Of a stretch of DNA of 64,000 nt, positions 1 through 11,562 are shown piece after piece (position 1 is the first letter of the stretch; each line of letters starts with the position of its first letter). A program made the position numbers and the translations under genes. Location of the stretch: the NCBI GenBank assembly GCA_002269645.1, contig NIVC01003311.1, forward strand, positions 40,535 through 104,534, in the 5' to 3' direction. Source of the DNA: Macrostomum lignano. Taxonomy: Eukaryota. The notes below the pieces were generated by a model, which worked only from the letters and a program-made list of their open reading frames with translations, was not told the origin of the DNA and did not search any database.

Positions 1-255
1 GTGTGGGATTCTCAGTGCGTGATTCTCAGTGTGTGATTCTCATTGTGTGATTCTCATTGTGGGATTCTCAGTGCGTGATTCTCATTGTGTGGTTCTCAGT
101 GTGTGATTTTCAGTGTGGGATTCCCAGTGTGTGATTCTCAGTGTGTGATTCCCAGTGTGGGATTCTCGGTGTGGGATTCTTAGTGTGTGATTCTCAGTGT
201 GGTTCTCAGTGTGGTTTTTCGGTTTGGGATTCTCAGTGTGTGATTCTCAGTGTGT
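1..255. repeat. Degenerate ~14-bp minisatellite (GATTCTCAGTGTGT), truncated by the window start
   Basis: Direct inspection of tandem units. Confidence 0.9.
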
Positions 256-396
256 GTCACGTATTCCTACGGTGATTGTCAGTAGATATTTTAGTGTGAA
301 TTTTTTTTTCAATTTCATGCAAATCTCCAACATAAAATTTGATTTCCCGAAAGAAGAAGCCTGCAGATAAATAAACAAATATAATTTCGCAGCAAT

Positions 397-3300
397 ATGG
401 AAGCCGCTAGCCTGTGCACAATGGCCACCTGTGTGCTCAACCAATGGTCCATGGATTTTGCCGGTAATAAGCGCAGAATATTATCGAGTATTATCGAAGC
501 TAAACGACTTGGAGCATCTTATCGACTTGGCCCTGAGCTGGAGATCACCGGCTACGGTTGTTCTGACCATTTCTACGAAGGTGACACCTTTCTGCATAGT
601 TGGCAGGTGTTAAGGGATCTGCTAATTGATCCGGCTACTAGGGATATTGTCTGCGATGTTGGCATGCCTGTGAGGCATCTCGGCGTGGCCTACAATTGTC
701 GGGTTGTGTTTCTCAACGGTCAGGTGCTGCTCATTCGACCGAAAACTCGAATGGCTGACGATGGAAATTACAGGTTATTAGTTAGTGTTTGTGATTTGAA
801 GCAATCAGACCCTCCCTGAAGTTTGTGATTTGAAGCAATCAGACCCTCCCTGAAGTTTGTGATTTGAAGCGATCAGACCCTCCCTGAAGTTTGTGATTTG
901 TAGTGACCAGACCCCTGAAGTATCTGAATAGAAGCGATCAGACCCTCCCTGAAGTATCTGAATAGAAGCGATCAGACCCTCCCTGAAGTATCTGAATAGA
1001 AGCGATCAGACCCTCCCTGAAGTATCTGAATAGAAGCGATTAGACCCTACCTGAAGTAGTGAAGTATCTAAATAGAAGCGACTAGACCCTACCTGAAGTA
1101 TCTAAACAGAAGCGATCAGACCCTCCCTGAAGTATTTGAATAGAAGCGATCAAACCCTCCCTGAAGTATCTGAATAGAAGCGATCAGACCCTCCCTGAAG
1201 TATCTGAATAGAAGCGATTAGACCCTACCTGAATTATCTGAATAGAAGCGACCAGACCCTCCGTGAAGTATCTAAATAGAAGCGATCAAACCCTCCCTGA
1301 AGTATCTAAATAGAAGCGACCAGACCCTCCCTGAAGTATCTGAATAGAAGCGATCAGACCCTCCCTGAATTATTTGAATAGAAGCGATCAAACCCTCCCT
1401 GAAGTATCTGAGTTTATCTTTTAATAGTTAGAAAAATATATGAGCCTCCATGAGCAGTGCTATAATACATTAATTATCAGGGGTTTAGAAGTCAGTAAAT
1501 ACCATACCCACCCGCAGGGAATCCCGCTGGTTCTCCCGTTGGACAAAACGCGGCGAAATTGACAAAACTTTCCAGCTGCCAGACTTGATTGAGTCGGCCA
1601 TTGGCCAATCCACTGCTCCGTTTGGCGACGCTGTGCTGGCATTTCGCGATGCCAGTCTGGGTTTTGAAACTTGCGAAGAGATTTGGACAATCGGATCCAG
1701 TCATATCGATCTGTTTCTGAATGGTGTTGACATTGTGGTGAACAGCTCGGGTAGCTATCACCAGCTGAGAAAGCTCAATCGCCGGGTAGATCTAATCTCT
1801 AGCTGTACTAATAAAGCTGGTGGATTGTATCTGTACTCTAATCTGAGAGGCTGTGATGGCGAACGAGTTTATTACGACGGTTCCGCTTTGGTTGCTATGA
1901 ACGGCAGGTTGGTAGCTCAGAGTCGGCAATTCGCTTTAGAAGAAGTCGAAGTCACTTCGGCCACTGTTGACTTGGAAGAGATTCGCAACTATAGGCAGGC
2001 CAACCGGTCACACTGCCAGCAGAGCGCTGAGGCACCCGCATTGACTCGAATTGCTGTGCCGCAGTGGCGTCTGTGCCGCCAAGATGTGGCTGCGGCCTGT
2101 CAGGTGGGTGAGATGGTGAGATAGGTACTTGAGATTGCGGTGAGATAGATACGTGAGATTGGGGTGAGATAGATACGTGAGATTGGGGTGAGATAGATAC
2201 GTGAGATTGGGGTGAGATAGATACTTGAGATTGGGGTGAGATAGATGCTTGAGATTGGGGTGGGATATATACTAGAGATTGGGGTGAGATAGATACGTGA
2301 GATTAGGGTGAGATAGATGCTTGAGATTGGGGTGAGATAGATACGTGAGATTAGGGTGAGATAGATACTAGAGATTGGGGTGAGATAGATGCTTGAGATT
2401 GGGGTGAGATAGATGCTTGAGATTGGGTGAGATAGATACTAGAGATTGGGGTGAGATAGATACTTAAGATTGGGGTGAGATAGATACGTGAGATTAGGGT
2501 AAGATAGATACGTGAGATTGGGGTGAGATAGATACGTGAGATTGAGGTGAGATAGATACGTGAGATTGGGGTGAAATAGATGCTTGAGATTGGGGTGGGA
2601 TATATACGTGAGATTGAGGTGAGATAGATACTAGAGATTGGGGTGAGATAGATGCTTGAGATTGGGGTGGGATAGATACTAGAGATTGGGGTGAGATAGA
2701 TACTAGAGATTGGGGTGAGATAGATGCTTGAGATTGGGGTGGGATAGATACTAGAGATTGGGGTGAGATAGATACTAGAGATTGGGGTGAGATAGATGCT
2801 TGAGATTGGGGTGAGATAGATACGTGAGATTGGGGTGAGATAGATACTAGAGATTGGGGTGAGATAGATACTAGAGACTGAAGTGAGATAGATACTAGAG
2901 ATTAGGGTGAGATAGATCCTAGAGATTGGTGTGAGATAGATGCTTGAGATTGGGTGAGATAGATACTAGAGATTGGGGTGAGATAGATGCTTGAGATTGG
3001 GGTGAGATAGATGCTTGAGATTGGGTGAGATAGATAATTGAGATTGGGGTGAGATAGATAATTGAGATTGGGGTGAGATAGATGCTTGAGATTGGGTGAG
3101 ATAGATACTAGAGATTGGGTGAGATAGATACTAGAGATTGGGGTGAGATAGATAATTGAGATTAGGGTGAGATAGATACTAGAGATTGGGGTGAGATAGA
3201 TGCTTGAGATTGGGGTGAGATAGATGCTTGAGATTGGGGTGAGATAGATACTAGAGATTGGGGTGAGATAGATGCTTGAGATTGGGTGAGATAGATAATT

Positions 3301-6300
3301 GAGATTGGGGTGAGATAGATACTAGAGATTGGTGTGAGATAGATGCTTGAGATTGGGTGAGATAGATACTAGAGATTGGGGTGAGATAGATGCTTGAGAT
3401 TGGGGTGAGATAGATGCTTGAGATTGGGTGAGATAGATGCTTGAGATTGGGGTGAGATAGATACTAGAGATTGGGGTGAGATAGATACTAGAGATTGGGG
3501 TGAGATAGATACGTGAGATTGGGGTGAGATAGATACTAGAGATTGGGGTGAGATAGATACGTGAGATTAGGGTGAGATAGATACGTGAGATTAGGGTGAG
3601 ATAGATAACTAGAGATTGGGGTGAGATAGATGCTTGAGATTGGGGTGGGATATATACGTGAGATTAGGGTGAGATAGATACTAGAGATTGGGGTGAGATA
3701 GATACTAGAGATTGGGGTGAGATAGATGCTTGAGATTGGGGTGGGATAGATACTTGAGATTGGAGTGAGATAGATGCTTGAGATTGGGATGAGATAGATG
3801 CTTGAGATTGGGTAAAATAGATACTTGAGATTGGGGTGAGATAGATGCTTGAGATTGGGTGAAATAGATACTTGAGATTAGGGTGAGATAGATACTTGAG
3901 ATTGGGGTGAGATAGATACTAGAGATTAAGGTGATATAGATACTTGAGACTGGGGTGAGATAGATGCTTGAGATTGGGTGAAATAGATACTTGAGACTGG
4001 GGTGAGATTGATACTAGAGATTAGGGTGAGAAAGATACTAGAGACTGGGGTGAGATTGATACTAGAGATTAGGGTGAGATAGATACTTGAGACTGGGGTG
4101 AGATACTAGAGATACTAGATACTAGATATTAAGGCGAGATAGATACTTTGCATGTAAGACGGAGGAAAAGCGTCAAACGTGTAATAGTGTGTATTTAAGC
4201 TCACATTAATTCTCGAAAATACCAGTTCTAATAGTTAGAAATTTTTGTTTCAACTTACCAACGGCAGAGCACCAACCTACCAATGGAGCCCCGCTATCAC
4301 ACGCCGGAAGAGGAAATCGCCCTGGGCCCAGCCTGCTGGCTGTGGGATTATCTCAGACGAAGCGGTCAGTCAGGCTATTTTCTTCCCCTAAGCGGAGGCA
4401 TTGACAGTACGGCCACTTCGTGTCTTGTCTACAGCATGTCTGTACAGGTGTTCGAGTCTGTTCAGTCCGGCTGTCAAGAGGTAATATAGTTACTTGGCTA
4501 AGAATTCTGAAACTTGCGCGTACTGTTTTCTAAGAATACTGAAACTTGCGCGCAATGTTTTTTTTAAGAATACTGATGCGCGCCCTGTTTTCTAAGAATA
4601 CTGAAACTTGCGCGCAATGTTTTTTTTAAGAATACTGATGCGCGCCCTGTTTTCTAAGAATACTGAAACTTGCGCGCAATGTTTTTTTTAAGAATACTGA
4701 TGCGCGCCCTGTTTTCTAAGAATACTGAAACTTGCGCGCAATGTTTTTTTTAAGAATACTGATGCGCGCCCTGTTTTCTAAGAATACTGAAACTTGCGCG
4801 CAATGTTTTTTTTAAGAATACTGATGCGCGCCCTGTTTTCTAAGAATACTGAAACTTGCGCGCAATGTTTTTTTTAAGAATACTGATGCGCGCCCTGTTT
4901 TCTAAGAATACTGAAACTTGCGCGCAATGTTTTTTTTAAGAATACTGATGCGCGCCCTGTTTTCTAAGAATACTGAAACTTGCGCGCAATGTTTTTTTTA
5001 AGAATACTGATGCGCGCCCTGTTTTCTAAGAATACTGAAACTTGCGCGCAATGTTTTTTTTAAGAATACTGATGCGCGCCCTGTTTTCTAAGAATACTGA
5101 AACTTGCGCGCAATGTTTTTTTTAAGAATACTGATGCGCGCCCTGTTTTCTAAGAATACTAAATCTTGCGCGCAATGTTTTTTTTAAGAATACTGATGCG
5201 CGCCCTGTTTTCTAAGAATACTGAAACTTGCGCGCAATGTTTTTTTTTAAGAATACTGATGCGCGCCCTGTTTTCTAAGAATACTGAAACTTGCGCGCAA
5301 TGTTTTTTTTTAAGAATACTGATGCGCGCCCTGTTTTCTAAGAATACTGAAACTTGCGCGCAATGTTTTTTTTAAGAATACTGATGCGCGCCCTGTTTTC
5401 TAAGAATACTGAAACTTGCGCGCAATGTTTTTTTTAAGAATACTGATGCGCGCCCTGTTTTCTAAGAATACTAAATCTTGCGCGCAATGTTTCTAAGAAA
5501 ACAAACTTCTGCGCATTGTTTTCTAAGAAAACTGAAACTTGCGCGCAATGATTTCTAAGAATACTGAAACTTGCGCGCAATGATTTCTAAGAATACTGAA
5601 ACTTAAGCGCATTGTTTTCTAAGAATACTGAAACTTGCGCGCCCTGTTTTCTAATAAGAATACTAAATCTTGCGCGCAATGTTTCTAAGAAAACAAACTT
5701 CTGCGCATTGTTTTCTAAGAAAATTCTATAGCTATATTAGCTATTATATAGCTAATATAGTTACTTGGCTAAGAATTCTGAAACTTGCGCGCAATGATTT
5801 CTAAAAATACTGAAACTTGAGCGCACTGTTTTCTGAGAATACTAAAATTCGCGCACACTGTTTTCCAAGAAAACTGAAACTGCGCATTGTTTTCTAAGAA
5901 TACTGAAACTTGCGCGCACTGTTTTCTAAGAATACTAGATCTTGCGCGCACTGTTGCATACCAGAACGAGTTTCATAAAATTTCTTCATTTAAATAAAAT
6001 TCCAGGTGCTGCAAGACCTTCGCAGAATAGTTCGCGATCCTCAGTTCCTACCCGGCTCGCCGCAGGACATTTGCTCGCGCCTGTTCACCACCTGCTATAT
6101 GGGCTCCGAGAACAGCTCGAGTGAGACTAGACAGCGAGCTGAACAACTGGCTAAGGAGATTGGAGCAAGTCATCTGGCTTTGAGGATTGATGCTGCGGTA
6201 TATATAGACTTTTGTATAGTTTATCCCATTTTTTATTATTCCAAATCCCATAAATGAGGATAATCCAATTTTGGATCCTAAGAGTCCCAATACATAATTG

Positions 6301-9300
6301 CTGGAAATAATTTAATCTCCGATATAAAAAATCCTCATTTATGATTTAATGGGATAAATCGATTTCCAATCTCAAAAATCCCAATTTGTGATTTGATGGG
6401 ATAAATCGATTTCTAATCACAAAAATCCCCATTTGTGATTTGATGGGATAAATCGATTTCCAATCTCAAAAATCCCAATTTGTGATTTGATGGGATAAAT
6501 CGATTTCTAATCACAAAAATCCCCATTTGTGATTTGATGGGATAAATCGATTTCTAATCACAAAAATCCCCATTTGTGATTTGATGGGATAAATCGATTT
6601 CCAATCTCAAAAATCCCAATTTGTGATTTGATGGGATAAATCGATTTCTAATCACAAAAATCCCCATTTGTGATTTGATGGGATAAATCGATTTCCAATC
6701 TCAAAAATCCCAATTTGTGATTTGATGGGATAAATCGATTTCTAATCACAAAAATCCCCATTTGTGATTTGATGGGATAAATCGATTTCTAATCACAAAA
6801 ATCCCCATTTGTGATTTGATGGGATAAATCGATTTCCAATCCCAAAAATCCCCATTTGTGATTTGATGGGAAAAATGGATTTCCAATCTCAGAAATCCCC
6901 AATTATGATTTGATCGGATTAATCGATTTTCGATCCCCTAAAATCCCCAATCATGATTTGATGGGGTAGTTAAAATCCCTTATCCCTGCCCAAATCCAGG
7001 TATCGGCCCTGGTAGCCATATTCGTTGCCTGCACCGGTTTGCAACCGAAATTTCGAGCTCACGGTGGCAGCGCCCAGGAAAATCTGGCATTACAGAATGT
7101 GCAAGCTCGGGTTCGAATGGTGCTGGCCTATCTATTTGCTCAGCTGGTGCTGCTGGCAAGGTGAGCGCGGTGAACTTTGGACTTTTGGAGAGATTTGGAA
7201 TAAGAATGGGATCTTGAGAGAGATTTGGGATGAGAATGGGATCTTGGGAGAAATTTAGGATAAGAATGGGATCTTGGGAGAGATTTAGGATGAGAATGGG
7301 ATCTCGGGAAAGATTTGGGATGAGAATGAGATCTGGGGAGACATTTAGGATAAGAATAGGATCTTGGGAGAGATTTGTGATGAGAATGTGATCTCGGGAG
7401 AGATTTGGGATGAGAATGGGATCTCGGGAGAGATTTGGGATAAGAATGAGATCTTAGGAGAGATTTGGGATGAGAATGAGATCTTAGGAGAGATTTGGGA
7501 TAAGAATGAGATCTTAGGAGAGATTTGGGATAAGAATGGGATCTTGGGAGAGATTTGGGATGAGAATGAGATCTTAGGAGAGATTTGGGATAAGAATGAG
7601 ATCTTAGGAGAGATTTGGGATAAGAATGGGATCTTGGGAGAGATTTGGGATGAGAATGGGATCTCGGGAGAGATTTGGGATGAGAATGGGATCTTGAGAG
7701 AGATTTGGGATGAGAATGGGATCTCGGGAGAGATTTGGGATGAGAATGGGATCTTGAGAGAGATTTGGGATGAGAATGGGATCTCGGGAGAGATTTGGGA
7801 TGAGAATGGGATCTTGAGAGAGATTTGTGATAAGAATGGGATCTCAGGAGAGATTTGGAATGAGAATGGAATCTGGGAAGAGATTTTAAAGAATCTTTCT
7901 AAGATATTTCTTAGATATTTCTAACAATGTTAAGCTGCATGATGACCTGAGGGATAAAAGTTCTCCATGTTTTCCCCACAGAGGCCTGACAGGCAACCTG
8001 TTGGTGCTGGGCAGCGCCAATCTTGACGAAGGCCTACGCGGCTACATGACAAAATACGACTGCTCTAGTGCCGATGTTAATCCCATCGGAGGGATTAGTA
8101 AATCCGATTTAAGATCATTTATCCGCTATTCGATGCGTAGGCACGGAATTAGCATTCTGGGAGAGATTTTCTCAGCTCCGCCTACGGCTGAGTTAGAGCC
8201 ACTGGCCGCTAATGGGCAGCTGGCCCAGACTGATGAAGTTGACATGGGTATGACCTACGATGAGCTGTCAGCATATGGCAGATTGCGCAAACTTGACAAG
8301 TGCGGCCCGGTTGCCATGTTCCTGCGCCTGCGGCGTCTGTGGCCTCAGCATTCCGCCAAAGTTGTGGCCGATAAAGTGAAGCATTTTTTTCGATCTTATT
8401 CGATTAACCGGCACAAAGTGACTGTGCTGACTCCGTCCTATCATGCAGAGGCTTATAATATTGATGATAACCGGTTCGATCATCGGCAGTTTCTTTACAA
8501 TGTCAACTGGCCTTGGCAGTTTCAACAGATTGATCAACTAGTTGACCAGATGGCCGGTTGCGAACCCGTGTTGACTACTGATAAAGTGAGTGTGAGTAGT
8601 AAGCTTGCATGTTTTTTATGTAGATGAGGGAATGTTAATTGGCTAGCCAAGTAACCAGGTAACCAAGTAACCGGGTAACCAAGTAACCGGGTAACCAAGT
8701 AACCGGGTAACCAAGTAGCCGGGTAACCAGGCAACTAAGTAACCAAGTAACCGGGTAACCAAGTAACCGGGTAACCAAGTAACCGGGTAACCAAGTAACC
8801 GGGTAACCAAGTAACCGGATAACCAAGTAACCGGGTAACCAAGTAACCGGGTAACCAAGTAACCGGGTAACCAAGTAGCTGGGTAACCAGGCAACTAAGT
8901 AACCAAGTAACCGGGTAACCAAGTAACCGGGTAACCAAGTAACCGGGTAACCAAGTAGCCGGGTAACCAGGCAACTAAGTAACCAAGTAACCGGGTAACC
9001 AAGTAACCGGGTAACCAAGTAACCGGGTAACCAAGTAACCGGGTAACCAAGTAACAGGGTAACCAAGTAACCGGGTAACCAAGTAACCGGGTAACCAAGT
9101 AACCGGGTAACCAAGTAACCGGGTAACCAAGTAACCGGGTAACCAAGTAACCGGGTAACCAAGTAGCCGGGTAACCAGGCAACTAAGTAACCAAGTAACC
9201 GGGTAACCAAGTAACCGGGTAACCAAGTAATCAGGTAACCAGGCAACTAAGTAACCAGCTATAACCAGGTAACCAGATAGCCAGGTAACCAAGGAACCAG

Positions 9301-10477
9301 GTAACTTAGTAAATTTTAACAGTTTTTCCATAAATATCTAACCAGATGGAGCTTGGTCATCCGGAATCGAGCAATCGTGCTGGAGGTACTGGCGCTGGCA
9401 ACAGCGGCTCAACGTACACGACAACAGGAACGGTTGATAAAATACAGACTAATGATACTACTGGAAGTAAAAAGAGCGTTCTGAGTAGCAGCGTGGGATA
9501 TCAGGTAAGAAATATCAGATAATTTTGGAGTTGGCAGTCACTGAATGCAAATCCCAAGTGAAGTGCAAAGAATATGTTCAGTTAAATTTCAATTTGGGCT
9601 TTAGAGGTTACTGAGGTCATTGAGTGTCGCTAAAAAGGATTGGGTTTTTAGAGGTCATTTATACATCAAAAGGGATTTTTAAAGGTCGCTGACTGGCACT
9701 AAATAATTGGGTTATAGGTCACTTAGGGTCACTAGAAGTTACTGCATGTAACTTAGAATCTGGTTAAAGGTCACTTAAGGTCACTAGAGGTCACTGAATG
9801 TCACTTAAAGAATCGGGTTAAAGATCATTTAAGGTCACTGGAGGTCACTTAAGAATTGGTTTAAAGGTCACTAGAGGTCACTTAAGAATCGGTTTAAAGG
9901 TCACTTAAGCTCTAGAGGTCACTGAAGGTCACTAGAGGTCACTGAAGGTCACTAGAGGTCACCGGAGATCACTGAATGTTATCGTAAGCTTCCAAGCTAA
10001 CTTAATCCCAAAAAACTTGCAATTCTCCCCCCCCCCTCCCAACAGGGGTGCGTTCGCCTCCTTGCCCAGATCGGCAGGCAGCGGGCCACCTGGCGCGGTG
10101 GCATCGCGTCCACCCCGATTCCGCCTGTAGAATCCGCCGCAGCCAAAATCCTGGCCTCCGGTAACCTCGCCGCTGCACGTCGCCGGCCTCAACAACAACA
10201 GCAGCAACTGCAGGGCCGGATTGGAAAGCGGACTTCGCCGCTGGCAGTTAAAGCTAATAATGATTCTGGTCGATGCCGACACAGGAATCAGTCGAATAGA
10301 GCCGCTAGCAAGGTGCAGCAGCTTGGCAATGTTGAACAGGCGCCTATAGTTGCTAGGCTGACTCTGTCTCCTAGAGGTTGTCGAGTTGTGCAGCAGCAGC
10401 AGCAGCATCAGGAGCCGGATGAGCCAACTGGTCATCGTCGCTTTCCTGCTCCAAGAATGAGGCTTGCAATTCCTTGA
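397..10477 (+). CDS. NADSYN1: Glutamine-dependent NAD(+) synthetase, 8 exons: 397-773, 1518-2103, 4268-4480, 6006-6197, 7000-7160, 7982-8585, 9346-9504, 10046-10477 (907 aa as spliced; exons 7-8 less certain)
   Basis: Nitrilase/glutaminase triad motifs GPELEITGY (E), RPK (K) and ETCEEIW (C). NYR|ESRWF is joined across intron 1. Synthetase motifs: [114 protein letters not shown] and [12 protein letters not shown]. All junctions are GT-AG and phase-compatible. Without the 8586 donor the frame stops at 8627. Confidence 0.95.
790..1410. repeat. 34-bp minisatellite in NADSYN1 intron 1
   Basis: Unit GAAGTATCTGAATAGAAGCGATCAGACCCTCCCT; period seen 961 to 995. Confidence 0.95.
2112..4145. repeat. 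~24-bp G-rich minisatellite in NADSYN1 intron 2
   Basis: Unit GAGATTGGGGTGAGATAGATAC(TA/GT). Confidence 0.97.
4500..5950. repeat. 62-bp dimeric (34+28) minisatellite in NADSYN1 intron 3
   Basis: AAGAATACTGAAACTTGCGCGCAATGTTTTTTTT plus AAGAATACTGATGCGCGCCCTGTTTTCT. Confidence 0.95.
6340..6960. repeat. 47-bp minisatellite in NADSYN1 intron 4
   Basis: Unit ATTTGTGATTTGATGGGATAAATCGATTTCTAATCACAAAAATCCCC. Confidence 0.95.
7185..7890. repeat. 30-bp minisatellite in NADSYN1 intron 5
   Basis: Unit GGGATGAGAATGGGATCTTGGGAGAGATTT; explains the 10-aa periodic ORF at 7364. Confidence 0.95.
8645..9305. repeat. 16-bp minisatellite in NADSYN1 intron 6
   Basis: Unit GTAACCAAGTAACCGG. Confidence 0.95.
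9600..9975. repeat. Degenerate ~10-bp repeat (AGGTCACT core) in NADSYN1 intron 7
   Basis: Recurrent GGTCACTAGA/GGTCACTGAA/GGTCACTTAA units. Confidence 0.85.
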
Positions 10478-11254
10478 ATGCCAGGTGTTAGTCCTGTATA
10501 GTTTTTAAACTAATGAGATGACGAGGCCTGTCTGTCATAGTTACTCCCGCCGTTTACCCACCTGATCGTGTCAACCAAGTTAGTTAGTTTTCTCTTGATA
10601 TTAATCACTTTTTAACACCAGTTTTCTCTATAGAAAATATTTTTATTCATCTATCTAGTTTTAGATAGCTTTTTAACTTTTAAAAATCTTCATTCGTTTT
10701 CATTCTAGTTAGTGAATATGACCTTTTGACTGTTAAATTAGCTATATTTGGCTTTCTTTTTTCACTTTGAATCGATTCGCGTTACTTGTTACTTACAGTA
10801 GAATGCAGTATCAAATTGTTTTTATTCGTCCTTTTGAGCTCGTAGATTTGATCCTGTTCTTGCGTCTAATTTATACCTTCTGTCTTTAGCTAAATATACA
10901 GAAAATCAAAGTTAACGGCTTATTTTGATCTTTCGTCATTTAATTAGGTCAGTAGAAAGAATCCGTTGAGAAGCATGCCTTGGTTGGGATTCTGAGTAGG
11001 GTAGCAACTTAGCGGTGAACGAGTCTGACTCTAGCGCTACAACCTTCGCCATGGTGTCTTGCACCCTGGCGCACTTTAAGCGACAATTGCCACACAACCG
11101 GCGTGAGGCATTGACTCCCCTGAGCAGGCACACATGTGCGCGGATACGTACGCAGTCATACGCACAGGCACACACTCACACAGGAGTGTACATCGGCCCT
11201 AACTTTATCATTGAGGTTGTACAACCGAGATTGCAATTTAGCCCCCAAATTAAT

Positions 11255-11310
11255 GAGACTGCACTTGGAATCGAGCCTGGGCCGCTGGCACATCAGAGCA
11301 CCGCGCTGGA
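11255..11310 (-). mobile_element. Possible tRNA-derived SINE head fragment
   Basis: Minus strand reads AGCGCGGTGCTCTGATGTGCCAGCGGCCCAGGCTCGATTCC, with a B-box-like GGCTCGATTCC at 11267-11277. No complete A-box or cloverleaf is visible. Confidence 0.3.
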
Positions 11311-11562
11311 ACAAAAGAAAGAAATATTTCAGCTGCTAGTTTGAATAATCAGTTTTGCTTAATATAGTTAATTTTTCATCTTTTTTGTCATTTCTGACAG
11401 ACCAGTGCCATGTAGTTCGCTCCCACTTACTGATTGATCTTGTCTTCCCTTCCATATTTTGGGCTGAGTTGATCAAATCACTTCTTTTACGCTTCAAAAG
11501 AAGAAAAAGCCTGCATTGCTTGCAAAAAAGATTGATTAAGCATAAAAGAAGCAGAGCAGACA

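Noticed and set aside
1422-4241. 13-bp TAATAGTTAGAAA shared near the 3' ends of NADSYN1 introns 1 and 2
   Set aside because: It is short, AT-rich and seen only twice, so it is compatible with chance.
9959-10435. 158-aa minus-strand ORF
   Set aside because: It is the antisense shadow of the + strand terminal NADSYN1 exon, which has a proper acceptor and phase.
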